DNA of 64,000 nucleotides from Octopus sinensis (Eukaryota). Position 1 is the first letter of the stretch, and each line of letters starts with the position of its first letter. The notes under the pieces are model-generated. The model was not told the DNA's origin. It did no database searches and saw nothing but the letters and a program-made list of their open reading frames with translations. The translations under genes were made by a program, and so were the position numbers. Shown here one piece after another: positions 24,431 through 36,813 of this stretch. The stretch is from the NCBI RefSeq assembly GCF_006345805.1, contig NC_043002.1, forward strand, positions 37,386,001 through 37,450,000, in the 5' to 3' direction.

Positions 24431-25539
24431 ATATTAGTTATTATTATTTTTAATTTTATGTTTGACTTTTGCTTTGCATTTATACAAGTTGGCTCCAACT
24501 CTCACCCAGAGACCCCAAGAGACAACTAGTTAGAAGTTCATGTTGGTGTTATGCCTAGGTTTTGTACATTGTATTGTTCTAGAGAATGTTTAAGAAACCA
24601 TAAGAACATTATGCGTTTGTTTTAAAATTTGAGATTACATAGACAGAATTTATTATTATTATTATTATTATAATTATTTATTTGTTTTCTTGTAGGAGTT
24701 CTCTTTCACAGACACTCCATTCTTACTGTTATGAAACCAAAAGAAAAAATATCCCTAAGATCATATAAATAGTTGAAAACTATTCCAGGAATATAAAAAG
24801 GAGTATTTTCTCCAAGTCAGATTTGGTCTACATTTTGATTTGACCTAGTTGATTTAAATATTGTAAGAACTCCATACAAATTTTTTTTTCAGTGATGTGG
24901 TGGTATCTGTATTAAATATACTATAATCCAAAGTAAGAGGTGATATCTGACAAGATGAGAGCGGAAAATAGACTTCAAGAATATTACTGTCGATGTGTTA
25001 ATACCAATGGCAGAATAGAAAGATAAAGTCATGTTTCATAGCAGCTACTTAATATGATTCTATGATAAATATGAATAAATGAATACTTAACTTCTCATTA
25101 ACTGTGATAACTTGAATATACTGGTGAAACACAAAGAAAGTTCAGGAAGAATTGACATTGGGAAAGAGAAATAAGGCTAAGAGGGGGTGGTAGAAAATGG
25201 TGGTTGAAATGGAAGAGAGGGGAGGGGCAAGAAAGAGATAGAGGGAGAAAAGGAAAAAGAGACTGGAATATATAGCATGCTATCAATCTATCTATCTATC
25301 TATTTATTTATCTATCTATTTATCTATCTATCTACCTATCTATCTACATATGTGTAGGTAAATACATACTTTTATATATATATATATATGCAGATTTACA
25401 TATATGTGTGTGTATTTTAAGGCTTAAAATATGAGTAATGGTGTCAATTCATTCAACATAAAAAAAGCCCTACAAGGCAGTACCCCTGCAGGGCTGCAGT
25501 CTAATGACTGTAACAAGTAAAAGGATAAAAGAAAACAAA

Positions 25540-25596
<57 letters not shown>

Positions 25597-25810
25597 TGTG
25601 TGTGTGTGTGAGTGTGTGTGTATATAACTGGCACACCGTTGGTTATGACAAGAGTTCCAGTTGATCTGATAAACATTCGTGAGTGCAACACCCTAACCAC
25701 TAAGCCATGCACCTTCACTAAATATATATATATATGAGTGTATGTGTATGTATACACACACACACATATATATGTGTGTATACATACACATACACTCATA
25801 CACACACACA

Positions 25811-25849
<39 letters not shown>

Positions 25850-26132
25850 GCATAATTACATGTATATAGATATATTTATACATACAAATACACACATATA
25901 TATACATTATATATATTTTCACACACACATATATATATATATACACACAAATGTGCATGCATCCTTGTGTATATATGTGAGTGTATGAATGTGCTTGTGT
26001 TTTTGTGTGTGCACTTACGTGTGTATGTAATACACTAAAAGTAAATTGAACAATGCAGGGACAATAATAACAGAATAATATCCAGTCAGAAATAGAAATT
26101 TGCATGAACTTGATTTAAAATGTTGGTTTTAG

Positions 26133-26158
26133 AGTAGCTAAATGGCTATTGGAGGATC
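26133..26158 (+). CDS. Candidate exon, phase 2-1 (VAKWLLED)
   Basis: Acceptor aatgttggttttag, donor ATC|gtaaat, only one open frame. Joins 20316 (GA+A) and 29014 (C+TG). Confidence 0.5.
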
Positions 26159-26734
26159 GTAAATTCAGTCGTTCCCTATAAAAGTCTGCCAAACCGCAAT
26201 ATATTTCCATTAAATATATGTACAAGTGCAAACATTCAATATTTTACATTTATTTTTCCTACTGGCATTGAAAGGATAAAATAATTAGCATAAGTAGGTA
26301 TTTTGCAGGAATTATTACTGCTTGAAGCTTTTGATTGTGTTAAGCACTGAAATGTAATGTATAACTGATATGCATTTTCTGATCAATTGTCTGAGACATA
26401 TAAAATCTTATTTAATGTAATAATGCAAAGATTGTTGTAGTGATGGCTGATGATAGTGATAGAATCGCGTGGTTCAGGCCATTGACACACATCTGAAAAT
26501 CTAGTTTCGTGCTGTGTATTGCAGGCAAGAAAACTGCCATAACTAATTCTTCCTTTGAGCTATATTTGCAATGAAATTTAGATACAATGCATTTTAGCTT
26601 TTACTTGTTTCAGTCATTGGACTGCAGCCATGAAGGGACATAACTCTGAAGGGTTTAGTTGAACAATTCAGCTCTAGTGAATTTTTGTTTTTTGTATGTG
26701 TATGTGTTTTTAAGTCTTGTACTTATCCAACTGT

Positions 26735-26980
26735 TGAAGCACGTGGCTTAGTGGTAAGGGTGTCAGCATCATGGTCATAAGATTGTGGTTTCAATTCCTA
26801 GACCAGGCGATGCATTGTGTTCTTGAGCAAAACACTTCATTTCATGTTGCTCCAGTCCACTCAGCTGGCAAAAATGAGTAACACTGCGATGGACTGGCGT
26901 CCCATCCAGTTGGGGAACACATGCACCATTGAAACCGGGAAACCGGGCCCATGAACCTGGCTAGGCTTTAAAAGGGCACA
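26735..26980 (+). mobile_element. SINE family A, tail type iii
   Basis: tRNA-like head and CTTGAGCAAAACACTTCATTTCATGTTGCTCCAGTCCACTCAGCTGG, then GATGGACTGGCGTCCCATCCAG. A degenerate copy lies on the minus strand at about 39160-39385. Confidence 0.85.
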
Positions 26981-27086
26981 TTTATTTATTTTTTTTATTT
27001 TTATACTTATCCTACTAGTCTCTTTTGCCAAACCACTACATTACAGGGATATTAAAGAATCCAACACCAGTTGTCAAGACACATAA

Positions 27087-27174
<88 letters not shown>

Positions 27175-27981
27175 ATTTCAAAAATGAGTTTAAAGGGATT
27201 TATTATCCTGGCAGTTACTATATTTCATCTCAAGTTGGTTTCAGATACTGGCTAACCACGACTTGAGCTAACAATGAGTTGTTAGATCCTGGTAACTAGG
27301 TTGCATATCCAACAGTGTGCAGTTGCTGCAGTTGAAACATGTGTAGGTCTGGATAATATGCTGTAAATAACTGTTAAATAAGTTATGGATGTGAAAAATC
27401 TCCATTCTCCTTATCATTATAATTGTTATATATGTACACACACACACAGATGCACTGATACACAACAAATTTTGTTCAGTTTCCATCTGCCAAATCTGCT
27501 CATCATCTGTGAAGTTCTTGAGAATGTAAGCAATGAAGGCCATGTCATGCTCCTTCACTTTTTCCCAATAGGTCTTAGGGTCAACGTAGAAACCTACATT
27601 GGGAGCAATAGAGATAGTTGTTCAGCTCTGGACTGAAAGAGTTCCTCAGGGAAGATTGCATGTGTCCCAGAAATACTCTTCTCTCTCTCACACTGCCTGC
27701 ATAACACAGGTGTGGACGGTTGAAAATTTTTGACAATCATGTTATCTTTAACGTTTGGGACTGAACTCAAAACCATGTGGTTGGGAAGCAAACTTGTTAC
27801 CACACAGCCATGCCTGTACCTTGGTGATATTGTTTAGTTTCCCATTTTGATGTTGAATTGTCTCTCTTCCCATTATTTTTACTTGTTAAGTATTGTACAT
27901 CAAAGTTTAACTTTCCTCAATACAAATATAGTTTCCATTAATTATGGTTATCATGTTTGCTGCGTTAAATATGTTAACACT

Positions 27982-28198
27982 AAGGCAGCGAGCTGGCAGA
28001 GACACTGGCATGCTGGGCAAAATGCTTAGCAGTATTTCGTGTGTATTTATGTTCTGAGTTCAAATTCTGCCCAGGTCAGTTTTGCCTTTCATCCCTTTGG
28101 GGTTGATAAATAAAGTACCAGCTGCATACTGGAGTCACTCTAATCGACTAACACCCACTCCCCGCAAAATCGGGCCTTGTGCCTAGAGTAGAAAAGAT
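27982..28198 (+). mobile_element. SINE family C
   Basis: AAGGCAGCGAGCTGGCAGA head and family C core. Confidence 0.8.
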
Positions 28199-28731
28199 TA
28201 AATATGTTAACACTTTCTTTATTACTTAACAATTGAGTTGTGTTTTGGTTGGTTGTGAGGAAAATGTCTACTACTCTTTGGTGATAAAACCTGCAAAAAG
28301 TATTTAGCTTGGCTAAATGGATTCAGTATAGTGCATGTGACAGGATATCTTTGATTTATTTGACCATCTGCATTTATGAGTAATAAGATTTATTATGGAA
28401 GAACTGAAGGGTACCCCCGAGGCTCATAAATTCAAATATTTCTAATAAATTCTATTGTAATTTAATTCAGGCCACTGTGCGATGATTGAAACAAGTAAAA
28501 AGGTGTATATGTCTGTCTGTTTTTCTGTATATCTGTCTATCTGTCTGTGTTTCCATCTCTCTATCTCCATAGTTGTCTGTCTTCTGTCTGTCTGTCTGAC
28601 TGTCTGCCTCTCTCTCTGTGAAGATTTATTTTGGCTTTTATAAAAAGTACACTACTCTGCTTTTGGTATTTGAGTATTATTTTATTCCATCTTGTTTTGC
28701 ATTTATGTGCTTACTTGTGTATGTGTGTATC

Positions 28732-28885
28732 ATCATCATCATCGTTTAACGTCCGTTTTCCATGCTAGCATGGGTTAGACGGTTCAACCGGGGTCTGGGA
28801 AGCCAGGAGGCTGCACTAGGCTCCAGTCTGATTTGGCAGTGTTTCTACAGCTTGATGCCCTTCCTAATTCCAACCACTCCGTGAA
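28732..28885 (-). mobile_element. SINE family D, 3' part
   Basis: (CAT)n-CGTTTAACGTCCGTTTTCCATGCTAGCATGGG...CCAACCACTCCGTG. Confidence 0.85.
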
Positions 28886-29013
28886 ACCAATATATATATG
28901 TATATATACATGAAAACATGTTATATATATATACACATATAAATACAAGATACATTTGTATCAATTATTCCCTATGCATGTTTTGTAATTGTGAATATTT
29001 GCATCCTCTACAG

Positions 29014-29107
29014 TGGATTTTCATAGTGTGATTAGATGTAGATACACAAGAGTTCTTCAGGAGGACACCTTAATAAATTATGTTGACACAGATCAAATGC
29101 AGATTGG
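29014..29107 (+). CDS. Candidate exon, phase 1-2 (LDFHSVIRCRYTRVLQEDTLINYVDTDQMQIG)
   Basis: Acceptor tatttgcatcctctacag, a single open frame of 30 codons. Donor GG|gtgatg is only moderate, and the frame stays open a little further. Confidence 0.6.
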
Positions 29108-29205
29108 GTGATGATCCTCTTTGTATCCCTCTAAATTCACTTGTAGTAGTCATACTTCTAAATGTATACATAGGAAATATTAAATATGTACATAACAATT
29201 TATAA

Positions 29206-29518
29206 ACACAGTATTTGCATTCAAGCTCTTATTAGTTTCTTGATGTGAAAACACAGCAAAGTGACAAGCTTGTATAGCATGCCTTGTGTTTCCAAACTCT
29301 CTTTCTGACTCAAATATACAATATGGCTGTACGTTTTTGAAAATTGAGAAAGGACACTGGTCTTGGGGGGAAAAACAGCCTCCTTCCTCAAAATCAGCCA
29401 TGATGTAAATTTGAGTCTGAATGATCGCTTGGCAACACATGGCATGCTATACAAGCCTGTCAGTTTATTGAGTTTTCACAGCATGAAATTAATAGTAGCT
29501 CAAATTTAAATACTGTGT
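29206..29518. repeat. ~310-bp imperfect palindrome (foldback element)
   Basis: GTGAAAACACAGCAAAGTGACAAGCTTGTATAGCATGCCTTGTGTTTCCAA versus the reverse complement of the right arm, GTGAAAACTCAATAAACTGACAGGCTTGTATAGCATGCCATGTGTTGCCAA. Matching continues outward and inward almost to the centre. Confidence 0.85.
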
Positions 29519-30084
29519 ATGTTAAAAGATTTTTTTTTTTGTGTCTCACTGATTGGAGTACTCCATTCTTTTGATTCCACTAATAGAATAGTAAATTACT
29601 TATATTGTTTTTGTATGCATGTGTATGTTTGTGTGTGTGTGTATGCGTGTGTATGTGTGTGCTCGTGCGTGTGTGTTTGAGTGTGTGTGTATGAGTGTGC
29701 ATATATGTGAGTGTGTGTGTGTTTGTGTGTATAGACATATATATTATGTGTACTGACGATACCTATGGAGGCTTACAAACATATGTCCATGATTGTCCTC
29801 TTACCTCCAGACAATAAGCCTGTTCATTTCTTTAATGGCATATCAACTTTGGAGAATTGACACTTGAAATTATTTCCTCTTCTCATATGAAGCCTTTCTC
29901 AATTTCCATTTGATAACTGTGACAGCCTTTAGAAGCAAGAGATAATTTTAATAAATCAAGAATCGATATAGTATTATATTTAATATACATATCTGTATAT
30001 GTCTATGTTGTTCATATACATGTTACTAGCCACTTTGAGTAACTTAAGTGGCCAAAGTTTATATAAATATTCTCTTTTTCTCAG

Positions 30085-30490
30085 TTTAATGCAGATGATG
30101 AAAAGGTATACCACTCTTGTCACCTTAGCCACCAACCAAAGTGATTCTGAGATTTCAACCTTCTTAGATGTTGCCAGGTTCTTCATGTATAAGAACAGAA
30201 AATAGCTCCTGGTGAGAATGTGCCTTTCGTTGCCAGGTTCTTCATGTTTAAGAACAGAAAATAGCACCTGGTGAGAATGTGTCTTCCATTGTCAAAAGAG
30301 AAAATAACATTTTTGATGGTCAGACATTATCAAAAAAATTGAATTTGTCCAGCAAGTTCAGGGCATCATCAATGAAAATTCCAAGTCAATGAGGACCATT
30401 GTCAATCATCTTCAAGTATCGGAGTCAATGATTAGAGATGTGTTGCATGAAAACAGCAAGTACAAATTCTATGTTAATAGAAGCAGGCAG
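30085..30490 (+). mobile_element. Tc1/mariner-superfamily transposase N-terminal remnant (maT/DD37D-like HTH region)
   Basis: Frame-broken MKRYTTLVTLATNQSDSEISTFLDVARFFMYK and EFVQQVQGIINENSKSMRTIVNHLQVSESMIRDVLHEN. Contains a 59-bp tandem duplication. Confidence 0.7.
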
Positions 30491-30927
30491 TGGGAGTAGT
30501 GACCCATATGCTGAATGTTCAGCTTGGGTCCAATTCATGGGCACAACTATGCTTCAAACTCCATGAACAGTAATATCCTTAATAGGAATGGTATTTGTTG
30601 TACTAACAATAAATGTAATATTGATAACTCCTGACAAATATCTCACCTAGTTTTTATTGGGAACTTTATGTACCTTGTACTCTGCATTACCCTCTAAGCT
30701 GCTACCCTGAGATGTATGCTGGACTATTTCTTTTATTTTTATATATGTATGTGTATATGTGAATGCATATATGTGTTTGTGTGCATGTGAGTGTGTATAT
30801 ATATATTTATATAAACATGTATGTATGTGTGCATGTATATGTCTCTGTGTGTGTATACATCTATATGTGCATATATATATATATGTGTGTGTAAGTGTAT
30901 GTCTATGTATGTGTATATAAAGAGCAT

Positions 30928-31233
30928 GGAGGTGCAATAACCCAGTGGTTAGGGTAACAGACTTGCAGTTGTAGGATCGTGGTTTCGATTCCTAGATCGG
31001 GCATTGTGAGTGTTTATTGAACCTAAAGCTCTACAAGGCTCCAGCAGGGATGGGGTGGGGTGGGGTGGGGTGACGAACCCTACTGTACTCTTTCACCACA
31101 ACTTTCTCTCACTCTTTCTTCCTGTTTCTAATGTACCTGTATTTCAAAGGGCCAGCCTTGTCACACACTGTGTCACGCTGAATCTCCCCGAGAACTACGT
31201 AAAGGGTACGTTTGTCTGAGGAGTGCTCAGCCA
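30928..31233 (+). mobile_element. tRNA-derived SINE (GGAGGCGCAATGG head family)
   Basis: A/B-box-like head. Shares its body with 23285-23578 and its 3' part with 58937-59257. Confidence 0.8.
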
Positions 31234-31935
31234 ATATTTCTGTTGGTATATTATATATTATTTTCATCTCTATTTTTAAAGCTTGTTTCCTTATTTGTAT
31301 TTTACTTTTTTATTCCCCACTTCCACTTCATTATATTTAGTTATCCCCTTGTTTTTCACCCATTATTCAAGCTAATCATATATTTTTCTCCTAGACATGT
31401 TTTTTGTAAATGCTTAATCATATTATTTTAAGTGCCACTTCTTGTGAATCTACACCTTTCACATTTTTATCCAAATCTCATAATCAAGTGTGACTAATGT
31501 TTTTCCCTAAATATTGACAGATGCATATTTCTGTGCATATGAGTGCAAGAATATATATATGTAAATATATATCATTCAGGTAAAAACCATATAATGTGCT
31601 TTCCAAAGTGCCACTACGAGTATCAGCTATTATATGCTATCAGACAACAGGAATTCTCCTTTTGCTGGATATACATGTGGAAATTCGTTATTGTCCACAA
31701 ACTTCATACAAAAAATATATTATAATACAGGAAGCTGGAATGATCAGGCTTTAAACCAAATCACTACAGTTGTTTCTGTGCATTAGCATCAGCTGTTAAT
31801 TGTAGAGTGTTTCACATCAGCTCTGTACCTGCACATCATCAGACGAGTAGCTTTGATACACACACACACATATATATGTAGTGTAGCACAAAGCGGCAGT
31901 GCATCAGCATGGCCGCAGCTCTGAGCTGAAACAAG

Positions 31936-32005
<70 letters not shown>

Positions 32006-32851
32006 GTATATAAAAACAGAGTATGTGTGTGTGTATTTATGTGTTTATGTATGTTCATTTATGTTTGGTGTGAATGCATGTATTTATATTGATACAAATG
32101 TATATATTTGTGTATGAGTATATACTGAAGTATAAGTACGTATGGTTCTCTTACACAAATATTTATAAATGTCTTTGTATATGTGTGTATAAATATATAG
32201 TTTATATATATACATACATATATATGCTTGCATATGTGTGTGCATACATGTGTGTATATATATGTGTATATACATATAAATATATATATGAAATATATGT
32301 GTGTATATGTGCACATATACATGCACCTGTGCATGTGTGGGCAAATATGCATGCATATGTGTAAGTGATGGCATATGTGTATATTCTTTATATATGTATA
32401 TAAATGTATCATGCACTGGTGTGTGCCTCTCTGACTTTATTTTACATTGCGACATCTGTATGTGGAAGTGTGTGAGTAGAGGAAATTTACAAAAACACTA
32501 TGTTTGACATTTTTTAAACTTTTCACTTTCTAATCATCTCATCTTTCTCTCTTTCCTCTCTCCTCCCCACATTATCTTCTTTATGTAATTAATATCCAAT
32601 GTTGCATTCTAATGTTTCCATTATGGCACCTTTTTACAGCTTTGGAACCATATTGTGAGAATATTGATAACCTAAGAACTATCTGAAGTCATCCCATAAA
32701 TCTATTCATACAGATAAGGAGCTGACCTTCTTACAATCATATCCCATTCTATCTCACTGAATTTAATTGCAGATGATCCCACGATTGGCTAATTAGCCAA
32801 TTCCTATTTCCACCCACTTTTTGACTGATGAAATGTACAGATTTTATCCAG

Positions 32852-32896
32852 TTTCTTTTGGTGTATCCATGGGAGTGAAGAATTTCTGACAGACAG
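32852..32896 (+). CDS. Candidate exon, phase 2-2 (FFWCIHGSEEFLTD[R])
   Basis: Acceptor attttatccag, donor AG|gtgaaa, one open frame with a stop immediately past the donor. Confidence 0.45.
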
Positions 32897-33276
32897 GTGA
32901 AAAGTACCTGATAAGAAAGAACACAAGATAATTATGTAGCACCTTAAAATTGCATAATATGCATTTGGTGCCTTGTTTGAAACACATGTAGTACTTAGCG
33001 ACTATTCTATTTCTTTCATTCATGGACTTAAAATCCCACACAATAAGCAACATTTATTACTAAATACTGGAGCTGTACAGTAACAGTCATCTTATCAGAA
33101 TTTCTGCTTTTTTTCATGTGGGACAAAATATATTGGACTCATTGATTAAGAAACTTTATTAATTGATTATTGTCCCCCTTTGTGCTATCTACACAAGCCT
33201 TTACTATGCTATAGGCTAACTAACTTGTTTTACCCCACCTCCGAAAATTGTTGCCCTTGAGGTAAAATTTGAAACC

Positions 33277-33307
<31 letters not shown>

Positions 33308-33323
33308 GCAGAGGCATAAACAT

Positions 33324-33380
<57 letters not shown>

Positions 33381-35257
33381 ATACTCTCCACATGTTTTTC
33401 CTGAAGTTATGGAATTACCACTATTAAAGATTAATGTCATCAGCCTTGGAGATCCTGTAAAAACTATAGATACGAGTCTCACCTCTAGCCCTAACCAATA
33501 AAAAATAAATTTCAAAAGATATATAACAAGTGAAATAACACACATAGAACTGAAAGAAAACTTTCCTACAGAACCATCCCATCATTACTGCTTGTAAGTA
33601 AGTTATGGTAGCATTAACTGGGATGAAAATAATGAAGTTCACTTACTATGTAATCTTGAAAATCATTACATTTAGCTTTGTAGAAATAGCATCATTAGTT
33701 TTCAATTTGAAAATCCATTTTTATTTAGGTCAGCAGTTATATAGGTATATACAATTAATTAACTACACACATGCATACATACACATGTATATCTGAGTAA
33801 AAGTGCATATGACAGGTATTTTTCTATTATATCATAAATCAAGACAGACATGTCTAATAATGCAAATTTATTTATAAACCTAAAATGTTAACTAAAGAAT
33901 TTTAAACAAACTACAGAATTCAAATTACTATCTTTAACAAAAAAATTTCCTGTGAGTTTACTCCAGAAAATAAATAATTAGTATTTCTTTTAACTAATAT
34001 TGCCCAATTCAATGCTTTGAGATTTGAATCATATCAAATCTTGTTTTCACGATTTTTAAAATAAAAATTTATTAAAGTCTATAGAAAAGGAACAAAACAA
34101 AATTTAAAGAAACCAGCTAAAAGCAAAAATATTTCACCATTAAAATGGTTTGTTTTGTGTCTTTTGTAATCAACCAGGAAATGATTCCATAACTTGAAAT
34201 AGCTACCTTAAAAAATATTGACAAGTTATTGTAAAATATATTAACTGCAAATAGTACAGATTCATCTAGAATTTCTAAAGATTCTAAAGAACACCCACAG
34301 ATTCAACATTATTTTTGTTGTTCTTCTTTTATTTGTTTCTGAAGTTTATAAAAAAAAATATCTTTAAACCAGTTTATTTCTTATCTACTTAAATTAAATT
34401 TTTTCTTTATTGAGCTCATTCAGAGGGGAAAAATAGTGATGAGTTGGAAGGGTGGGACAAGGGAAATAAACTGAACAAGCACAATAGTAAGAAATAAGTA
34501 ACTGTTTATTTTCAGAATTACTGATTGATGTCTTGTCTGAATGTCTATTTTTAGTGAAGTGCAATTCAACACTTTAGCTACTGAATACATTTATTTTTAC
34601 ATTTAGAAACTGATTCAGTGGAACAAAATGATTGATATTCATTTAGAAAATAGACTCAAATACACAGAAGAGAAATGCTTGAATGTTATTAGGTCCATAT
34701 ACCAAATATTTAACTCCTACTGGACCTTCTAATAAAAAAAAGAGAAAGACTAAGTTTGAATCTAAGAGAGCTGAGAAGACAGCAAAGGGAGAGAGAGAGA
34801 GAGGCTGAAGTTTGATCTAATACGGAAAAATAAATATAAAACTGTTTGCAAAGGGCAATGTTAAAGATGTTATTCAAATCTTTCAGTTGGTTTTTCCATA
34901 GTGTCAAACTTCAGTTAAGATGAATTCCTTCCCAGTCCTAGCCATATTTTCTATTTCTTGTTTACATTAGTTGACTTGTGCATATTATTAGTGAATGAAA
35001 ATCATAACACAATGCGAGTATGCAATATAACCCAACACCAAGTGTCAGTGAGAACAGTTATCATGATCATCCTGATCATTTAATGTCCACATTTCCATGT
35101 TTGTATGGGTCCAATGGATTTTCTACAGCTGGATGTTCTTCCTGTCACCAACAATCACCTGTTTCTGAGTAAGATAATATTCACCATGACAAGACATGTT
35201 TTCACGAAATGAAGGCCATCACTTGCATGAGGTGACATATATTTACAGCTATGATAT

Positions 35258-35850
35258 GTTTCTTTATTAGCAACACAGGGCTGCACACAGACGGGACAGA
35301 TTACAAAGTAGAGCTTTTCTTTTTTTTGGGGAAAAAAAAAAGGTGGGGTAGGTTTTCGATCAAAAGGGATCGTAAAAGGGAAAGAAGAAAAAAAAGAAAA
35401 AAGGAAAAGAAACAAAAGAAGAAAAAACTGTCAATAGGGATCGTGTATCACAGTGTCATGATGTGAAGTGTTAAGGGGGAAGCGGGTAAGGTTTATCCAT
35501 GGGAAGAAATGCCTACGGAAAAGACCACAGTAACCTCGGTCAATATCGTTACATGTTACCACATTTGTTTGCAAGTAGGTAACCCTCTGTTTTAAATTTC
35601 TGGGTTCATAGGATTATGCTCAAGGTGGCTTTGTCATTCATATGTGCCATTCTTGCTATATTCACCCATCTTTTTTTAAAACATTCGCTAGACAAATCTT
35701 GCCTCTCTACTCTCACTTTCCTTTTCAAATGATACTTGAAGAAGTTGATGAGAGATTGACCAGAGAGGAAAGTGTTTGTCGAAGTCAAGGCAAGATGCCA
35801 TGTAGTGCGACTGAATGTAAAACCAGGGAGCAAACTTCTTGCTGCACAGT
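35258..35850 (-). mobile_element. 3' end of an L1/Tx1-like LINE (ORF2 C-terminus plus 3' UTR)
   Basis: ORF ends TNTFLSGQSLINFFKYHLKRKVRVERQDLSSECFKKRWVNIARM...IIL*, followed by a pyrimidine-rich UTR and AATAAA. Clade assignment is by recall only. Confidence 0.55.
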
Positions 35851-36163
35851 TATGTCTACATCAGATACAGATAAATTTATTAATGGAGATTCTTTGAAGA
35901 AATGTTAAAATTTAAAATCTGGAAAAAGGTTCTAAAACAATTAAACAAAAAGCTAAAAGTGAACTGTGACCAAAGTTGCAATGAGTTCAGCAGGTGTAGT
36001 TTGGATACAGTAGTTATTCTATTGCATCTAGTACCGATGGAGTTAAACTGAAGAGATAGTAGAAGACCAGAGGCATCACAATCATCATGTTCTGAGACAG
36101 CTAGTCTCTAACCTGGAATGCTACCTACAGTGCTGTATTAACCAGCGATAACCTGGTAAAATT

Positions 36164-36317
36164 TGTGTGGTAAGTAGCTTGCTTACCAACCACACCACAT
36201 GGTTCCAGGTTCAGTCCCACTGTATGGCACCTTGGGCAAGTGTCTTCTACTATAGCCTCGGGCTGACCAAAGCCTTGTGAGTGGATTTGGTAGACAGAAA
36301 CTGAAAGAAGCCCGTCG

Positions 36318-36352
<35 letters not shown>

Positions 36353-36570
36353 GTTTGTGTGTCTGTGTTTGTCCCCCCAACATCGCTTGACAACCAATGC
36401 TGGTGTGTTTATGTCCCCGTCACTTAGTGGTTTGGCAAGAGAGACCAATAGAATAAGTACTAGGCTTACAGCGAATAAGCCCTGGTGTCAATTTACTTGA
36501 CTAAAGGTTGTGTTCCAGCATGGCCGCAGTCAAATGACTGAAACAAATAAAAGAATAAAAGAATAAAAGA
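36164..36570 (+). mobile_element. SINE family B
   Basis: Colinear with 14573-15010; tail (AAAGAAT)n. Confidence 0.9.
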
Positions 36571-36665
36571 TACCCAAGCTTTGTTGTCCAGCAAGCTGGG
36601 GACTGCAAGCTAGCAAACTACATGCAGTTCTCAAATAAGCCACTTTTTATTTTGAACCAAAAATC

Positions 36666-36813
36666 CTACATTTTGGACCCCTTGAACTGTTCTCTACTAA
36701 GTCTGATCAGTGTAGAGATGACCATTCTAGGAATGAACCTGGCAAGATGGACAATCTCTTTCAGTGCATCAGCCTCACCATTCTTCAGTGCAACATATTC
36801 TCCATTTTGTCTG
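36666..36813 (-). CDS. Orphan candidate exon on the opposite strand (RQNGEYVALKNGEADALKEIVHLARFIPRMVISTLIRLSREQFKGSKM*)
   Basis: Acceptor tattttgtggttacag, 48 open codons with ordinary globular composition, and raised GC. No partner exons found. Confidence 0.3.

Noticed and set aside
31597-31775. Region open in all three + frames after an AG
   Set aside because: No convincing donor and no way to choose a frame. Could be an exon, but unsupported.
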